Notes under the pieces: model-generated
What the model was told of the DNA's origin: nothing
Database searches by the model: none
The model's input: only the letters and a program-made list of their open reading frames with translations
Made by a program: the position numbers and the translations under genes
Shown here: positions 8,753 to 18,672 of the stretch, piece after piece
Layout of the letters: each line of letters starts with the position of its first letter
Numbering within the stretch: the stretch's first letter is position 1
DNA from: an uncultured Gemmatimonadales bacterium
GTDB taxonomy: Bacteria; Gemmatimonadota; Gemmatimonadetes; Longimicrobiales; Gaopeijiaceae
Assembly (NCBI GenBank): GCA_963809895.1
Contig: CAWELD010000010.1
Span: 1,024,001-1,088,000, forward strand
Direction of reading: 5' to 3'
Length of the DNA stretch: 64,000 nucleotides

Positions 8753-10761
8753 TGCAGGCCCTGGGCACGCTCCTCCGCTTCGAGCTGCTTCAGCTCGTTC
8801 GGGACCGGCGGACCGTGCTGGTGGCGGTGGTGGCGCCGCTCCTCCTCTTCCCGGGTATGCTGGTCGTGAACCGGCTCACGGGCGAGGCCGATGCGACGCG
8901 CCGCCTGGACACCGTCTATCGCTATGCGGTCACCGGCAGCGACAGCGCCGCCACGGCGGCCCTGGTGGAGCGCGCCCGCGAGCTCCCACCGGACACGAGC
9001 GACGAAGACGCCGTGGCCGAGAGCGAAGCCGGCGGACTGCAGCTGGCTCGCGTCCTGACCGGAGCTCCCGATTCCCTTCTGGCCGCGGGCGGGCTGCAGC
9101 TGGTGGTGGAGAACACGGGCCCCGACAGCACGGGGGTGCCGGTCCTGGAGCTCCGGTATCGGGCCAGCTCCGATCTGTCCCGGACCGCGGCGAACCGCGT
9201 GTCGGAGCGCCTGCGCCGTCTGCGTTCACTCCGCAGGGACTCCCTCTTCCGGGCCTCGGGCTTGCCCGTGGACCGGGATCAGGTCCTCCCGCTCAGCAGC
9301 GAGAACGTGGCCTCGGCCCAGCGCGAGGCGGGCTCCTTCCTGGGGCTGGTACTCCCGCCGGTGATCGTCATGTTGATGCTCACCGGGGGGTCCATCGTCG
9401 CGGCCGACACGCTCTCGGGCGAGAAGGAACGAGGCACGCTCGAGACGCTCCTGACCACCGCCGTGTCGCGCCGGGAGATCGTGGGCGCCAAGGCTCTCGC
9501 CATCGTGCTGGTGGGGCTTGTGGTGACGCTGATCAACGTGCTCAACCTCGGGGTCTACGTGGGGTTGGGCCTGGTGGACGTGCCCGAGGGCATGGCGGCG
9601 TCGGTGACCGGTCCCAGCCTGCTGGCGCTCCTTCTGCTTCTGCTCCCGGTCGCCGCGCTGATCGCGGCCGTCCTCCTCCTCACCTCCGGTCTCGCCCGCA
9701 GCTACCGGGAGTACCAGCTCTATTTCCCGGTCGTCTTCCTCGTCATGCTCGTTCCCTCCGCCGCGGGGGCGCTACCGGGCCTCGATCTGCGCTCGGCGGT
9801 GATTCTGGTCCCGGTGGCCAATATCGCGCTGGCGCTGCGCGAGGTGCTGGCCGGGCGTCCCGACGTGCTCTTCGGGGGATTGGCCGCGCTGATCACCGGA
9901 GGCGCGGCGCTGTGGATCGGGCTCATGGCCGAGCACACCATGTCCACGGAGCGGCTGTTGGCCGATACCCAGGCCGACCGGGCGGAGCTCGTCGGCGGCG
10001 CGAGCCTGTTCCCGTACCGGGTGCTTCGCTGGTTCGGACTGCTGTGGGTGGCCTTCCTGGCGGTGTCCGTGTGGTTCGGCGCAGATCTGGGAGTCCGGGG
10101 GCAGATCCTGGTGAACATCCTGGGTCTGTTCCTGGGGAGCGCCCTGCTCATGATCCGCTGGTATCGGCTGCCGCTCCGCCAGGCCCTGGCGTTGCGACCG
10201 GTCCACCCTCTGGTCTGGCCGGCGGTGCTGGTCGGTGCGCCGTGCGCCCTCCTGACCGGGATAGGCCTGGCGAACCTCACGGGGCGTTTCATCCCGGTGC
10301 CCGATCGGGTCATGGAGGCGTTCGGGCAGTTCGTGACGCCCGATGGGGTGGGGACGGTGCAGCTCGTCCTGCTGTTGGCCGTGCTCCCTGGAATCTGTGA
10401 AGAGATCGCCTTCCGCGGCATTCTCCTCTACGGACTGCGCCGGCGCCTGGGGCCCGTCACGCTGGCCCTGGCGGTGGGGGGCATCTTCGGGCTCTTCCAC
10501 GTGAGCCTCTTCAGGATCGTGCCCACGGCGTACCTGGGCACCATCCTCGCCACCGTGGTCATCCTGACGGGCTCCATCTTTCCCGCCATGCTCTGGCACG
10601 CCCTCAACAACGCGGTGGCGTTGCTCCCGGCCTCGGCCGGGTGGGCGCAGGCGCCGATTCCCCCGTGGGCATACGTGCTCGCCGCCGGGGGGCTGGTGCT
10701 CTCACTCGTGGTCCTGAGACGCGTCGGGAGCGGCTACCCTGGGGTGACCCGCGCGGAATAG
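8752..10761 (+). CDS. NatB-like ABC permease fused to a CPBP (CAAX/Abi) intramembrane protease
   Basis: GEKERGTLETLL permease motif; C-terminal EEIAFRG, FGLFH and HALNN CPBP motifs. Confidence 0.88.
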   Translation: MQALGTLLRFELLQLVRDRRTVLVAVVAPLLLFPGMLVVNRLTGEADATRRLDTVYRYAVTGSDSAATAALVERARELPPDTSDEDAVAESEAGGLQLARVLTGAPDSLLAAGGLQLVVENTGPDSTGVPVLELRYRASSDLSRTAANRVSERLRRLRSLRRDSLFRASGLPVDRDQVLPLSSENVASAQREAGSFLGLVLPPVIVMLMLTGGSIVAADTLSGEKERGTLETLLTTAVSRREIVGAKALAIVLVGLVVTLINVLNLGVYVGLGLVDVPEGMAASVTGPSLLALLLLLLPVAALIAAVLLLTSGLARSYREYQLYFPVVFLVMLVPSAAGALPGLDLRSAVILVPVANIALALREVLAGRPDVLFGGLAALITGGAALWIGLMAEHTMSTERLLADTQADRAELVGGASLFPYRVLRWFGLLWVAFLAVSVWFGADLGVRGQILVNILGLFLGSALLMIRWYRLPLRQALALRPVHPLVWPAVLVGAPCALLTGIGLANLTGRFIPVPDRVMEAFGQFVTPDGVGTVQLVLLLAVLPGICEEIAFRGILLYGLRRRLGPVTLALAVGGIFGLFHVSLFRIVPTAYLGTILATVVILTGSIFPAMLWHALNNAVALLPASAGWAQAPIPPWAYVLAAGGLVLSLVVLRRVGSGYPGVTRAE

Positions 10762-11308
10762 GGAAGCCGCGAACGGCGGTGTGCAGGACCCGGATCTCGT
10801 CGGCGTCGTGGACCTTCCAGCCAGCATTCGTGCGCAGCAGCGTCATCACCTTCACCTCGGGCTCCGCCCCCTGGACCAGGCTCACGATCCGGTAGACCAC
10901 GTGGGCCGTGTCGCCACCTTCCATCACCGTCCCCAGCACATGGCTCCGCCGGGACACCAGGGAGGACAGCAGCCCCGGACTCTGGGCCTGGACCCCTGCC
11001 ATGATGCGCCGGAACACCTCCTCATCGTCCAGGCGCTCGTAGGCCGCGCGATCGGGGATTCCCCCGAGAAGGTGCTCCAGGGCCCAGCCCGTGGAGTCGG
11101 TGTCCAGGACGATTCGCACCGCCAGGCGGATGTAGGCGAGAGCGTCGGGGTGCACGCGCTGAGCCAGGCCGGCCCACGCCATGGACTGGAAGCCTCGCTG
11201 GAATTCGTCGGCCACCTGTTCCGGGGGGCTCTGGGCGAAAGCGCTCGCGGGAACGGCGGACGCCCACAGCCCGAGGGCGAGCAGGCCGGCCAGCCCGGTG
11301 CGGCTCAC
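10604..11308 (-). CDS. Hypothetical secreted protein (possible NTF2-like fold); 3' end uncertain
   Basis: GTG overlaps the yjbQ-like stop; signal peptide ending AFA-Q. The last ~50 codons overlap the convergent gene. Confidence 0.6.
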   Translation of the reverse strand: MSRTGLAGLLALGLWASAVPASAFAQSPPEQVADEFQRGFQSMAWAGLAQRVHPDALAYIRLAVRIVLDTDSTGWALEHLLGGIPDRAAYERLDDEEVFRRIMAGVQAQSPGLLSSLVSRRSHVLGTVMEGGDTAHVVYRIVSLVQGAEPEVKVMTLLRTNAGWKVHDADEIRVLHTAVRGFPIPRGSPQGSRSRRVSGPRVRAPAPRRRARMPTGESAPAPTRPRPGATPPRC

Positions 11309-11736
11309 GGCTCGCCGTTGCCCAACAGCGTCACGACCACGCGGCGCTGCCTGGGGCGGGTGTCCAGATCCACCAACACGACCTGCTGCCAGGTGCCCAG
11401 CGGGATGCTGCCCTCGCGGATGGGAAGTGCCAGGGAGGGGCCGATGAGCGCGGCTCGCACGTGGCTGTGGCCGTTGTCGTCGTGCCAGGTCTCCTCGTGG
11501 GCATAGCGCCCGTCACGGGGGGCCAGGCGCTCGAGCGCCGCGGCCAGGTCGTGCTCGACCAGGCCGGGCTCGAATTCCAGCGTGGTGAGGGCGGCGGTGG
11601 ATCCCACGACCATGGCGGTGACCTGTCCCGCGGAGATCCCGCTGGCGTCCACCAGCGCCTGGAGCTGTGGGGTGAGATCCAGGATGTGGTCGTTTCCCCG
11701 GGTCTTCACGTCGAGGGTGTGGCTCCGAACGATCAT
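11305..11736 (-). CDS. yjbQ: YjbQ/UPF0047 family protein
   Basis: GSTAALTTLEFEPGL, DNGHSHVRAALIGPS, LGTWQQV motifs. Confidence 0.9.
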   Translation of the reverse strand: MIVRSHTLDVKTRGNDHILDLTPQLQALVDASGISAGQVTAMVVGSTAALTTLEFEPGLVEHDLAAALERLAPRDGRYAHEETWHDDNGHSHVRAALIGPSLALPIREGSIPLGTWQQVVLVDLDTRPRQRRVVVTLLGNGEP

Positions 11737-11776
11737 GCGCGAAAGCTAACACGTCTCCCGTCGTCGGTGGCCCGTC

Positions 11777-11803
11777 ATACCCCCTCCCCCCCGGGGGGGG
11801 ATG
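11777..11803 (+). promoter_or_regulatory. Probable CsoR operator (C-tract/G-tract pseudo-palindrome) next to a -10-like TAGATT at 11808-11813
   Basis: ATACCCCCTCCCCCCCGGGGGGGGATG lies directly upstream of csoR-copZ-copA; CsoR operators are TAC-C-tract/G-tract-GTA type. Confidence 0.7.
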
Positions 11804-11885
11804 TTGTTAGATTCCATTCGTTCCGGGAAACGAGGCCGAGCCATCGGACTCCGTCGGCCCGGACACCCGATCCCGGAGGAGCCGG

Positions 11886-12188
11886 ATGGCAGAAGCAAGA
11901 GCGGCGCCGCCCACCGACGAGACGGAGGGCCAGATCCTCGCTCGGCTGAAGAGCGTGGAGGGCCACGTGCGGGGGATTCATCGCATGGTCTCGGAGGGCG
12001 AGTACTGCGTCGATGTCGTGCACCAGATCCTCGCCGTGCAGAAGGCCCTGAAGAAGGTCTCGGCCATGGTGCTCGACCGGCACCTGCACCACTGCGCCAC
12101 GTCGGCAATCCGGGGACGCGATCCCGCCGAACGGGAGCGCGTGCTCGGGGAGCTGCTGGATCTCTTCGACGCGGCCGGCCGCAGTTGA
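11886..12188 (+). CDS. csoR: CsoR copper-sensing repressor
   Basis: RLKSVEGHVRGIHRM, YCVDV and HLHHC (Cys/His/Cys ligands); GGAGGA RBS; cop context. Confidence 0.92.
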   Translation: MAEARAAPPTDETEGQILARLKSVEGHVRGIHRMVSEGEYCVDVVHQILAVQKALKKVSAMVLDRHLHHCATSAIRGRDPAERERVLGELLDLFDAAGRS

Positions 12189-12239
12189 GGCCGGCCGGAC
12201 CAGACACCGACCCCAACCGAGAATCCCAGGGAGGACATC

Positions 12240-12449
12240 GTGGCCGACAGGACCGTCACCGTACCGAACATCAGCTGTGGACATTGCGTGAAGACCATCG
12301 AGCGCGAGCTGGCCGAGCTGGAGGGGGTCACCGCCGTGTCCGCACACCAGGACTCGAAGCAGGTCGACGTGACGTGGGACGAGTCCGTCACCGATTGGTC
12401 CGCCGTGTCGGACCTGCTCACCGAGATCAACTACCCGCCGGCGGACTGA
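12240..12449 (+). CDS. copZ: CopZ-like copper chaperone (HMA domain)
   Basis: ISCGHC metal-binding motif, 69 aa, GGAGGA RBS. Confidence 0.92.
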   Translation: MADRTVTVPNISCGHCVKTIERELAELEGVTAVSAHQDSKQVDVTWDESVTDWSAVSDLLTEINYPPAD

Positions 12450-12473
12450 TCCACCGACCCCACGTCGTCGATC

Positions 12474-14934
12474 ATGCCTGAGCGTAACCTGACCTTCCCC
12501 GTCACGGGGATGACCTGCGCCAACTGCGCGGCCACCGTGGAGCGTACGCTCCGCAAGACTCCCGGCGTGTCCGAGGCCGCGGTGAACTACGCCACCGAGA
12601 AGGCCACCGTGACCTTCGACGCCGGCACCGTGCGTGAAGACGGTCTGGCCGAGCGCATCCGGCACGCGGGCTACGACGTTCCGCTGGAACGCTTCGAGCT
12701 CGCCCTGACCGGGATGACCTGCGCGAACTGCGCGGCCACCATCGAGCGCACGCTGCAGTCCCGGATTCCGGGGGTGGTGTCGGCCGCGGTGAACTACGCC
12801 ACCGAGAAGGCGGTGGTGGACGTCATGGCCGGTGCCGTCGCCCGGGCCGAGCTGGCCCGTGCCGTCGAAGACGCCGGCTACGGGGTCGTGGAGCCCGCCG
12901 GCGGGGAAGCCCCAGACGACGCCGAGGCCCGAGCGCGAGCCCGGGAGATCGCTCACCAGACCCGCACCTTCTGGGTGGGCGTGGCGTTCTCGCTGCCGCT
13001 CTTCCTGCTGAGCATGGCAAGGGATTTCGGCCTCCTGGGTGCGTGGGCCCATGCGCCCTGGGTGAACGTCCTGATGCTCGCGCTGGCCGCGCCGGTGCAG
13101 TTCTACGTGGGTTGGGACTACTACGTCGGCGGATTCAAGGCGCTGCGGAACCGGACGGCCAACATGGACGTCCTGGTGGCGTTGGGCTCGTCGGCGGCCT
13201 TCTTCTATTCGGTGCCGGTGACGGTCGCGCTGCTGGCCGGCTCGACAGGACTGGGTGAGCACGTCTACTTCGAGACCGCCGCGGTCATCATCACGCTCAT
13301 CAAGCTGGGCAAGCTCCTGGAAGCCCGGGCCAAGGGCCGCACCAGCGAGGCGATCCGGCGGCTGCTCGATCTCCGACCTCGCACGGCGCGCCTGATCCGC
13401 GACGGTGAAGAGGTGGACGTGCCGCTGGAGCAGGTCCGGGTCGGCGACCTCCTGCGCGTACGTCCGGGCGAGTCGGTGCCCACCGACGGCGAGGTGGTGG
13501 AGGGACATTCGGCGGTGGACGAGAGCATGCTCACCGGTGAGAGCTTGCCGGTAGAGAAGGCGCCGGGCGACGCCCTGGCCGGGGCGACCGTGAACCGGAG
13601 CGGTGTGCTGAAGATGCGGGCCACCCGCGTGGGATCCGAGACGGCCCTGGCCCGCATCGTCCACATGGTCGAGGAGGCCCAGGGTAGCAAGGCCCCCATC
13701 CAGGCGGTGGCGGATCGGGCCGCCGCCGTGTTCGTGCCGGCGGTCCTGACGATCGCCGTCGTCACCTTCCTCGTGTGGTTCCTGGGAGTGGGCGCGGGAT
13801 TCACGACCTCCCTCATCCGCATGGTCGCCGTCCTGGTGATCGCGTGTCCGTGCGCGCTGGGTCTCGCCACGCCCACGGCGCTCATGGTGGGGACCGGAAA
13901 GGGGGCGGAGTACGGGATCCTCTTTCGCGATGCCACGGCGCTGGAGCGCGCACGCCAGCTGACGACCATCGTGCTGGACAAGACGGGCACCGTGACGCGG
14001 GGTGAGCCCGCGGTCCTGGACGTCGTTCCCGTCGCGGGCGCGGGGGTGGACGCCGACGAGCTGTTGGCGCTGGCCGCGGCGGTGGAGCGGGGCAGTGAGC
14101 ATCCGCTGGGGGAGGCGGTCGTGGCCGAGGCCCGACACCGGGGCATTGCCCTGCGCGAAGGGGTGGGCGCCGCGGCGGAGACCGGGCGAGGCATCCGGGC
14201 GACGGTGGACGGTCGCATGGTCCTGGTGGGGAGTCGCCGCCTTCTGGAGGAGGCCGGCGTGGACCCGACGCCCGCGGCGGCCCTGGCCGAGGCTCAGGAG
14301 GCTCGAGCTCGCACGGCCCTGTTCGTGGCCGCCGACGGCCGCGTGCTCGGGGTCATCGGCGTTGCGGATACGGTCAAGGACGGCGCGCGCCAGGCGGTGC
14401 AGGATCTGCGGAGCGCCGGGCCTCCACGTGGTGCTCCTCACCGGAGACAATCCCCGCACCGCCGAGGCCGTGGCCCGACAGGTGGGTATCGACGAGGTCC
14501 GGGCCCAGGTGCTCCCCGAGGACAAGGCGCGGGTGGTGGAGCAACTCCGCGAGCGGGGACCGGTGGCCATGGTGGGGGACGGCATCAACGATGCCCCGGC
14601 CCTGGCCACGGCCGACGTCGGGATCGCCATGGGCACGGGCACCGACGTGGCCATGGAGACGGCCGACGTGACGCTCATGCGGGGTGATCTGAACGCCGTG
14701 CCCCAGGCGCTGCGACTGTCGCGGGCCACGCTGCGCACGATCCGGGAGAACCTGTTCTGGGCCTTCGGCTACAACGTGGTCCTCATCCCGGTGGCCGCGG
14801 GAGTGCTCTACCCGTTCGAGGGCCTGCCCGGGATGCTCCGCCAACTCCACCCCATCCTGGCGGCGCTGGCCATGGCCTTCAGCAGCGTGAGCGTGGTGTC
14901 CAACAGCCTGCGCCTGAGGAAGGTGCAGTTGTAG
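12474..14934 (+). CDS. copA: Cu(I) P1B-type ATPase, split by a +1 indel at about 14418-14420
   Basis: Two GMTCANC domains, YFET, TGES, CPC, DKTGT and SEHP in the first frame; [16 protein letters not shown] and MAFSS in the next. Removing one G from GCCGGG joins the two. Confidence 0.93.
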
Positions 14935-14946
14935 GGTCGGTGACCC

Positions 14947-15627
14947 TCAGACGGTCTCCACCGGGTGGAAGAGCTCGAACCCTTCCTTCAGCCAGTGCTC
15001 CCGGAAGGGGTAGGGGGCCACCTCTTCCAGGGTGAGCGCCGCGGTCATGGGGTGCGGATAGAGGGTGATGCGGCCGCGTTCGTGCTCGTGCATGGTGTAG
15101 CGCCCGCTGATCTGCACGTCGGCCTTGAGCCGCTGCTCCCCGTCCATCATGTGCGACTGAAGCAGGTGGGTCGTGGAGTGCCACTCGTGCTGGGTGACGC
15201 TGAAGTCCACGATGGGAAGCCCTTCGGCCGAGATGCGCACCCTGACCTGATCGGCGCGTTCGATGAACTGCGCGTCGATGTTCTCGGGATAGGTGGGGAT
15301 CCGCAGCCGCTCCTCCAGGAGCGTCCGGCTCTCTTTGCTGCTGGTGGCGGTGAGAAACGGGTAGAAGCCGGCCTTGGGGTGCCGGGCCCAGCTTCCCACC
15401 ACGGGGGGCACGACCACCGCGAGGAGCAACTCCGCGTACGGACCGACCTCGCTCTCCCGGAAGTGGAACGCCGTGACGTTGAGGATGCTCCGCTGCGGCC
15501 TCACCTCGATGGGTTGGAGGTGGTCCGGGAGGATCCTCTCCGCGTCGGACGTGGCCATCTCGAAGAGAGCAGCCACCCCCGTGGAGAAGTAGGACTTGCT
15601 CACGGCGGATTCCGGTATACGCGACAT
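14947..15627 (-). CDS. Acetoacetate-decarboxylase-like fold protein, function unknown
   Basis: ILPDHLQPIE and ESEVGPYAELLLAVVV resemble the ADC-family pattern; no catalytic Lys motif is evident. Confidence 0.55.
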   Translation of the reverse strand: MSRIPESAVSKSYFSTGVAALFEMATSDAERILPDHLQPIEVRPQRSILNVTAFHFRESEVGPYAELLLAVVVPPVVGSWARHPKAGFYPFLTATSSKESRTLLEERLRIPTYPENIDAQFIERADQVRVRISAEGLPIVDFSVTQHEWHSTTHLLQSHMMDGEQRLKADVQISGRYTMHEHERGRITLYPHPMTAALTLEEVAPYPFREHWLKEGFELFHPVETV

Positions 15628-15741
15628 CGCGGCGCCGCGGGGGCCTCGGTTGGTCAGGAAAAGGGGAGGGTCGCCCCCCACACTCTCCTAATGTGGCCGC
15701 GCGAGTCGTGCCGGGGCAAGCGCGCTCCGGTCACGGATGTG

Positions 15742-15924
15742 TCAGCGCTTTCCCAGACGTCGCAGAATCTCGCCCAGATCGGGCCCGGTTTCGCATCCGG
15801 GTCCCGGGGGCTCGGGTGGCGGTGGCACCCGGGGTGGCTTCGGCGTGCAGGGTGGCTCGGGGATCCGCAAGCCGAAGGGGCGCTTGCGGTCGCGAGGTGC
15901 GTGTTGGCGTCGGTTCTTGGCCAT
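15742..15924 (-). CDS. Small basic, proline-rich hypothetical protein (60 aa)
   Basis: GGAGAG upstream of ATG 15924; fills the gap between two minus-strand genes. Confidence 0.4.
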   Translation of the reverse strand: MAKNRRQHAPRDRKRPFGLRIPEPPCTPKPPRVPPPPEPPGPGCETGPDLGEILRRLGKR

Positions 15925-16006
15925 GGCGTGACTCTCCATCGAGGTGCCGTGCACCCACTACTACGCGGCGGAGTCCCCGGAAGTGTCGTTCGCGTGCGTC
16001 GCGACC

Positions 16007-16645
16007 TTACCGCCGCCTGATCTCCAGACGGGCCACGTGGAGATTCAGGCCGTGGCTCACGCGCAGGCCGACGATGCCCACCACCGGCACGTCGTCGCGG
16101 GGGATGCTCGCCACCTGCTCGCCGTTGACGGCGAAGCGCAGCTCGTCGCGGCGCGCCTCCAGTGACAGCACGTTCTGCACCGACGCCGCGCCGGAGGGAC
16201 GGTCGGCGAAGGACCGCACGGCGCCGGAGGTCGCCCATCCCCGCAGATCCACGAGCTGGTCGCCGTCACGGACGCCCACCAGGTACTCCCCACCGTCGCG
16301 GATGAGGAAGTACAGGTAGCGGGGCGCACCCTCGGCGAGGTGTGTTCCACCCACGAAGATCCCGAATCCTTCCCGCCGTCCGCCGGGGTCGAACAGGTAG
16401 GTGTCGGCTTCCAGGCGAAAGATGCCCTCGGCGGCCTCGGCGGGATCCCAGAGGATGACCGCGGGGCCCGTGGTGACGTGCCACCCGGGAGGCATGTCCA
16501 CGAAGTAGACGTCGTCGAGGTCCGCGCCGGCATCGTCGGCGCGTATGCGCCAGGCGGGGGGCGACGTGAACTCGGCTTCCTGCGCCAGGAGCGTGCAAGG
16601 GGCCAGGGCCGCGACGGTGGCGAGCAGGGCCAGGGTGCGGTGCAT
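16007..16645 (-). CDS. Secreted beta-sandwich (ConA/DUF1080-like) hypothetical protein
   Basis: Signal peptide MHRTLALLATVAALAPCTLLA-Q; beta-rich YLYFLIRDGGEYLV, NVLSL, FAVNGEQV, GIVGLRV. Confidence 0.7.
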   Translation of the reverse strand: MHRTLALLATVAALAPCTLLAQEAEFTSPPAWRIRADDAGADLDDVYFVDMPPGWHVTTGPAVILWDPAEAAEGIFRLEADTYLFDPGGRREGFGIFVGGTHLAEGAPRYLYFLIRDGGEYLVGVRDGDQLVDLRGWATSGAVRSFADRPSGAASVQNVLSLEARRDELRFAVNGEQVASIPRDDVPVVGIVGLRVSHGLNLHVARLEIRRR

Positions 16646-16734
16646 GGTCGGGATCGGTTGGAGGGCTCCACGGACCGTACCTGCACCGTACATTGGGCGT
16701 CGCCTTCCGGGCCCGTCAACTCCGGGCCTCCCGG

Positions 16735-18549
16735 TCACGCTCCGCGCTCGCCGGAGCCCTCGGCCTGACCGGCCACCGCGCGTTCGTAAAGCGCCAGCAC
16801 GTGTCCCCTGTCCAGGATCCCGAGGAGGCGGCCGGATTCGGGATCGGTGACGGGAAGCGTAGCCACGCCGCTGGTCCCCATGCGGCCGATGGCGGCCAGC
16901 AGCGTCGAGTCGGGGTGCAGAGGCGATACGGGATTCGCCACGTCGGCCGCCAACAGAAGGTTGGAGAGCTCGTGCTGGTCCTGCGCCAGGCGACCGAGCT
17001 CGGCCACACCCACCATTCCAACCAGGTGGAGATCCCGGTCCACGACCGGGAACTGGGTCTGCGTGCCCGGCTGGAGGTGTTCCAGCAGCTGGCTCACGGA
17101 GGCCTGTTCGCCGATGACCTGCGGGTCCGGATCGAAGGCGTCCTGTACGTGGAGTGTCGACAGCAGCGCGGCGTCTCGCCCTCCGGTGAGCGTCTCTCCC
17201 CGCTGGCGCAGCCACACCGCGTACAGCGAATCGGGCTGGAGGCGACGAGCGACCACGTGCGCCATGCCCGTGGCCAGCATGAGCGGCAGGACGATGGCGT
17301 AGTCCCCAGTGACCTCGAACACCAGGAGGATCGCCGTGAGGGGCGCCTCGAGGGTTGCCACCACCAGCGCTCCCATCCCCACGAGCGCATATCCCTGGGG
17401 ATCGAGGACGGTCCCGGGCAGGAGCTGCTGCGCCGCCACCCCGAAGGCGCCGCCGGCCGCCGCGCCCACGTAGAGGGCCGGCGTGAACATTCCGCCGGAA
17501 CCCCCGGCGCCCATGGTGGCGGCGGTAGCGAAGATCTTTCCCAGCGCCAGTGCCAGGAGGAGCCACCAGGCCGCGTTGCCGAACAGCTCCGGAGGGAGCG
17601 ACAGGTGTCCTTCTCCCACCAGGAGCCCGCCCGCGCTGGCCACCGCCAGGCCCACCAGCGCTCCGCCCACCCACGGTCGCACCGCCGCGGGTCCGGGCAG
17701 CGCTCGGGCTACCCGGTAGGCGCCGTAGTAGACCTTGATGAAGAGCGCCCCCAGGACACCGGCCAGCGCCCCCAGCAGGGGATAGAGGAAGACGACCTCC
17801 CGCACCAGCGGCGTCGCATGGGTCAGGGGCACCGGAAAGGCGGGATGCGCGCCGAACACCGACTGGCTCATGACCGCCGCCACGACGCTGGCCACGACCA
17901 CGGGTGGAAAGGCCGCCACCGAGAGCGACCCCAGCACCTGCTCCAGCGCGAAGAAGGCACCGGCGAGGGGCGCGTTGAAGGCCGCGGAGATGCCCGCGGC
18001 GGCGCCGGCTCCCACCAGGATGCGCATGCGAGCGGGACCCACGCGGAACCAGCGGCCCAGCGCCGAGCCGACGGTCGCGCCCAGGACCGCCACCGGCGCT
18101 TCCGAACCCACGGACCCTCCGCCGCCCACCGTGACCGCCGCGGCCGCGGTCTTCACCAGCGCCGGCCGCGCGGGGATCTGACCGCCCCGTCGGGCTACCG
18201 CGACCTGGACGTCGGGAATGTTGAGACCGTCGTGGCCCTTGGCGAGGCGACGCATGAGCCACCAGGCGGCTGCCAGCGCGGCTCCCGTGATGAGGGGGCG
18301 GCGCACCCAGATGAAGGCGTCGGGCACGTGCGAGCCCAGGCTCTCGTAGAAGGCCTTGTAGGCCAGGTCCACGAGCACGTAGAACGACGCCACTCCCAGT
18401 GCCCCCGCGACTCCGATGGCCACGGCGAAGCTGAGGAGGACCGTGTTCTCGCTGAGGGGCTTCCGCCCGAGCCAGGCGACCAGTCGGAGCCAGGCCCGGG
18501 TCAGCAAGCGGTTGGTTCGGTGCGCGGTACGGGGTGAGAGGGGACGCAT
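16735..18549 (-). CDS. CLC-family chloride channel/antiporter with C-terminal CBS pair
   Basis: GGGGSVGSEAP, GAAAGISAAFNAPLAG, GGSGGMFTP, EAPLT, CBS motifs FPVVD and LPVTD. Confidence 0.93.
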   Translation of the reverse strand: MRPLSPRTAHRTNRLLTRAWLRLVAWLGRKPLSENTVLLSFAVAIGVAGALGVASFYVLVDLAYKAFYESLGSHVPDAFIWVRRPLITGAALAAAWWLMRRLAKGHDGLNIPDVQVAVARRGGQIPARPALVKTAAAAVTVGGGGSVGSEAPVAVLGATVGSALGRWFRVGPARMRILVGAGAAAGISAAFNAPLAGAFFALEQVLGSLSVAAFPPVVVASVVAAVMSQSVFGAHPAFPVPLTHATPLVREVVFLYPLLGALAGVLGALFIKVYYGAYRVARALPGPAAVRPWVGGALVGLAVASAGGLLVGEGHLSLPPELFGNAAWWLLLALALGKIFATAATMGAGGSGGMFTPALYVGAAAGGAFGVAAQQLLPGTVLDPQGYALVGMGALVVATLEAPLTAILLVFEVTGDYAIVLPLMLATGMAHVVARRLQPDSLYAVWLRQRGETLTGGRDAALLSTLHVQDAFDPDPQVIGEQASVSQLLEHLQPGTQTQFPVVDRDLHLVGMVGVAELGRLAQDQHELSNLLLAADVANPVSPLHPDSTLLAAIGRMGTSGVATLPVTDPESGRLLGILDRGHVLALYERAVAGQAEGSGERGA

Positions 18550-18672
18550 GCCCAAACTTCGTCAAGGCGGGCGCCCGGGCCAACACTGGGTGACGGTTAT
18601 CTGTCTCCCTTGCGTCATGTCGCGGATCCCCGCGGGAATCCGCTCGTCTGCCTTCAGCAGAGGTCCTGCCCC

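Noticed and set aside
10604..10761. 158-bp convergent overlap as a regulatory feature (similarly 63474-63586)
   Set aside because: The overlapping tails look non-conserved; stop-poor GC-rich DNA or another indel explains them.
11775..14738. Very long antisense and alternative-frame ORFs (also 29176-31635, 37070-39058 and others)
   Set aside because: These are shadow ORFs expected from high GC3 codon bias, with no recognisable motifs.
15742..15924. Pup/UBact-like modifier
   Set aside because: It lacks the C-terminal GE/GQ, and no ligase or proteasome genes are nearby.
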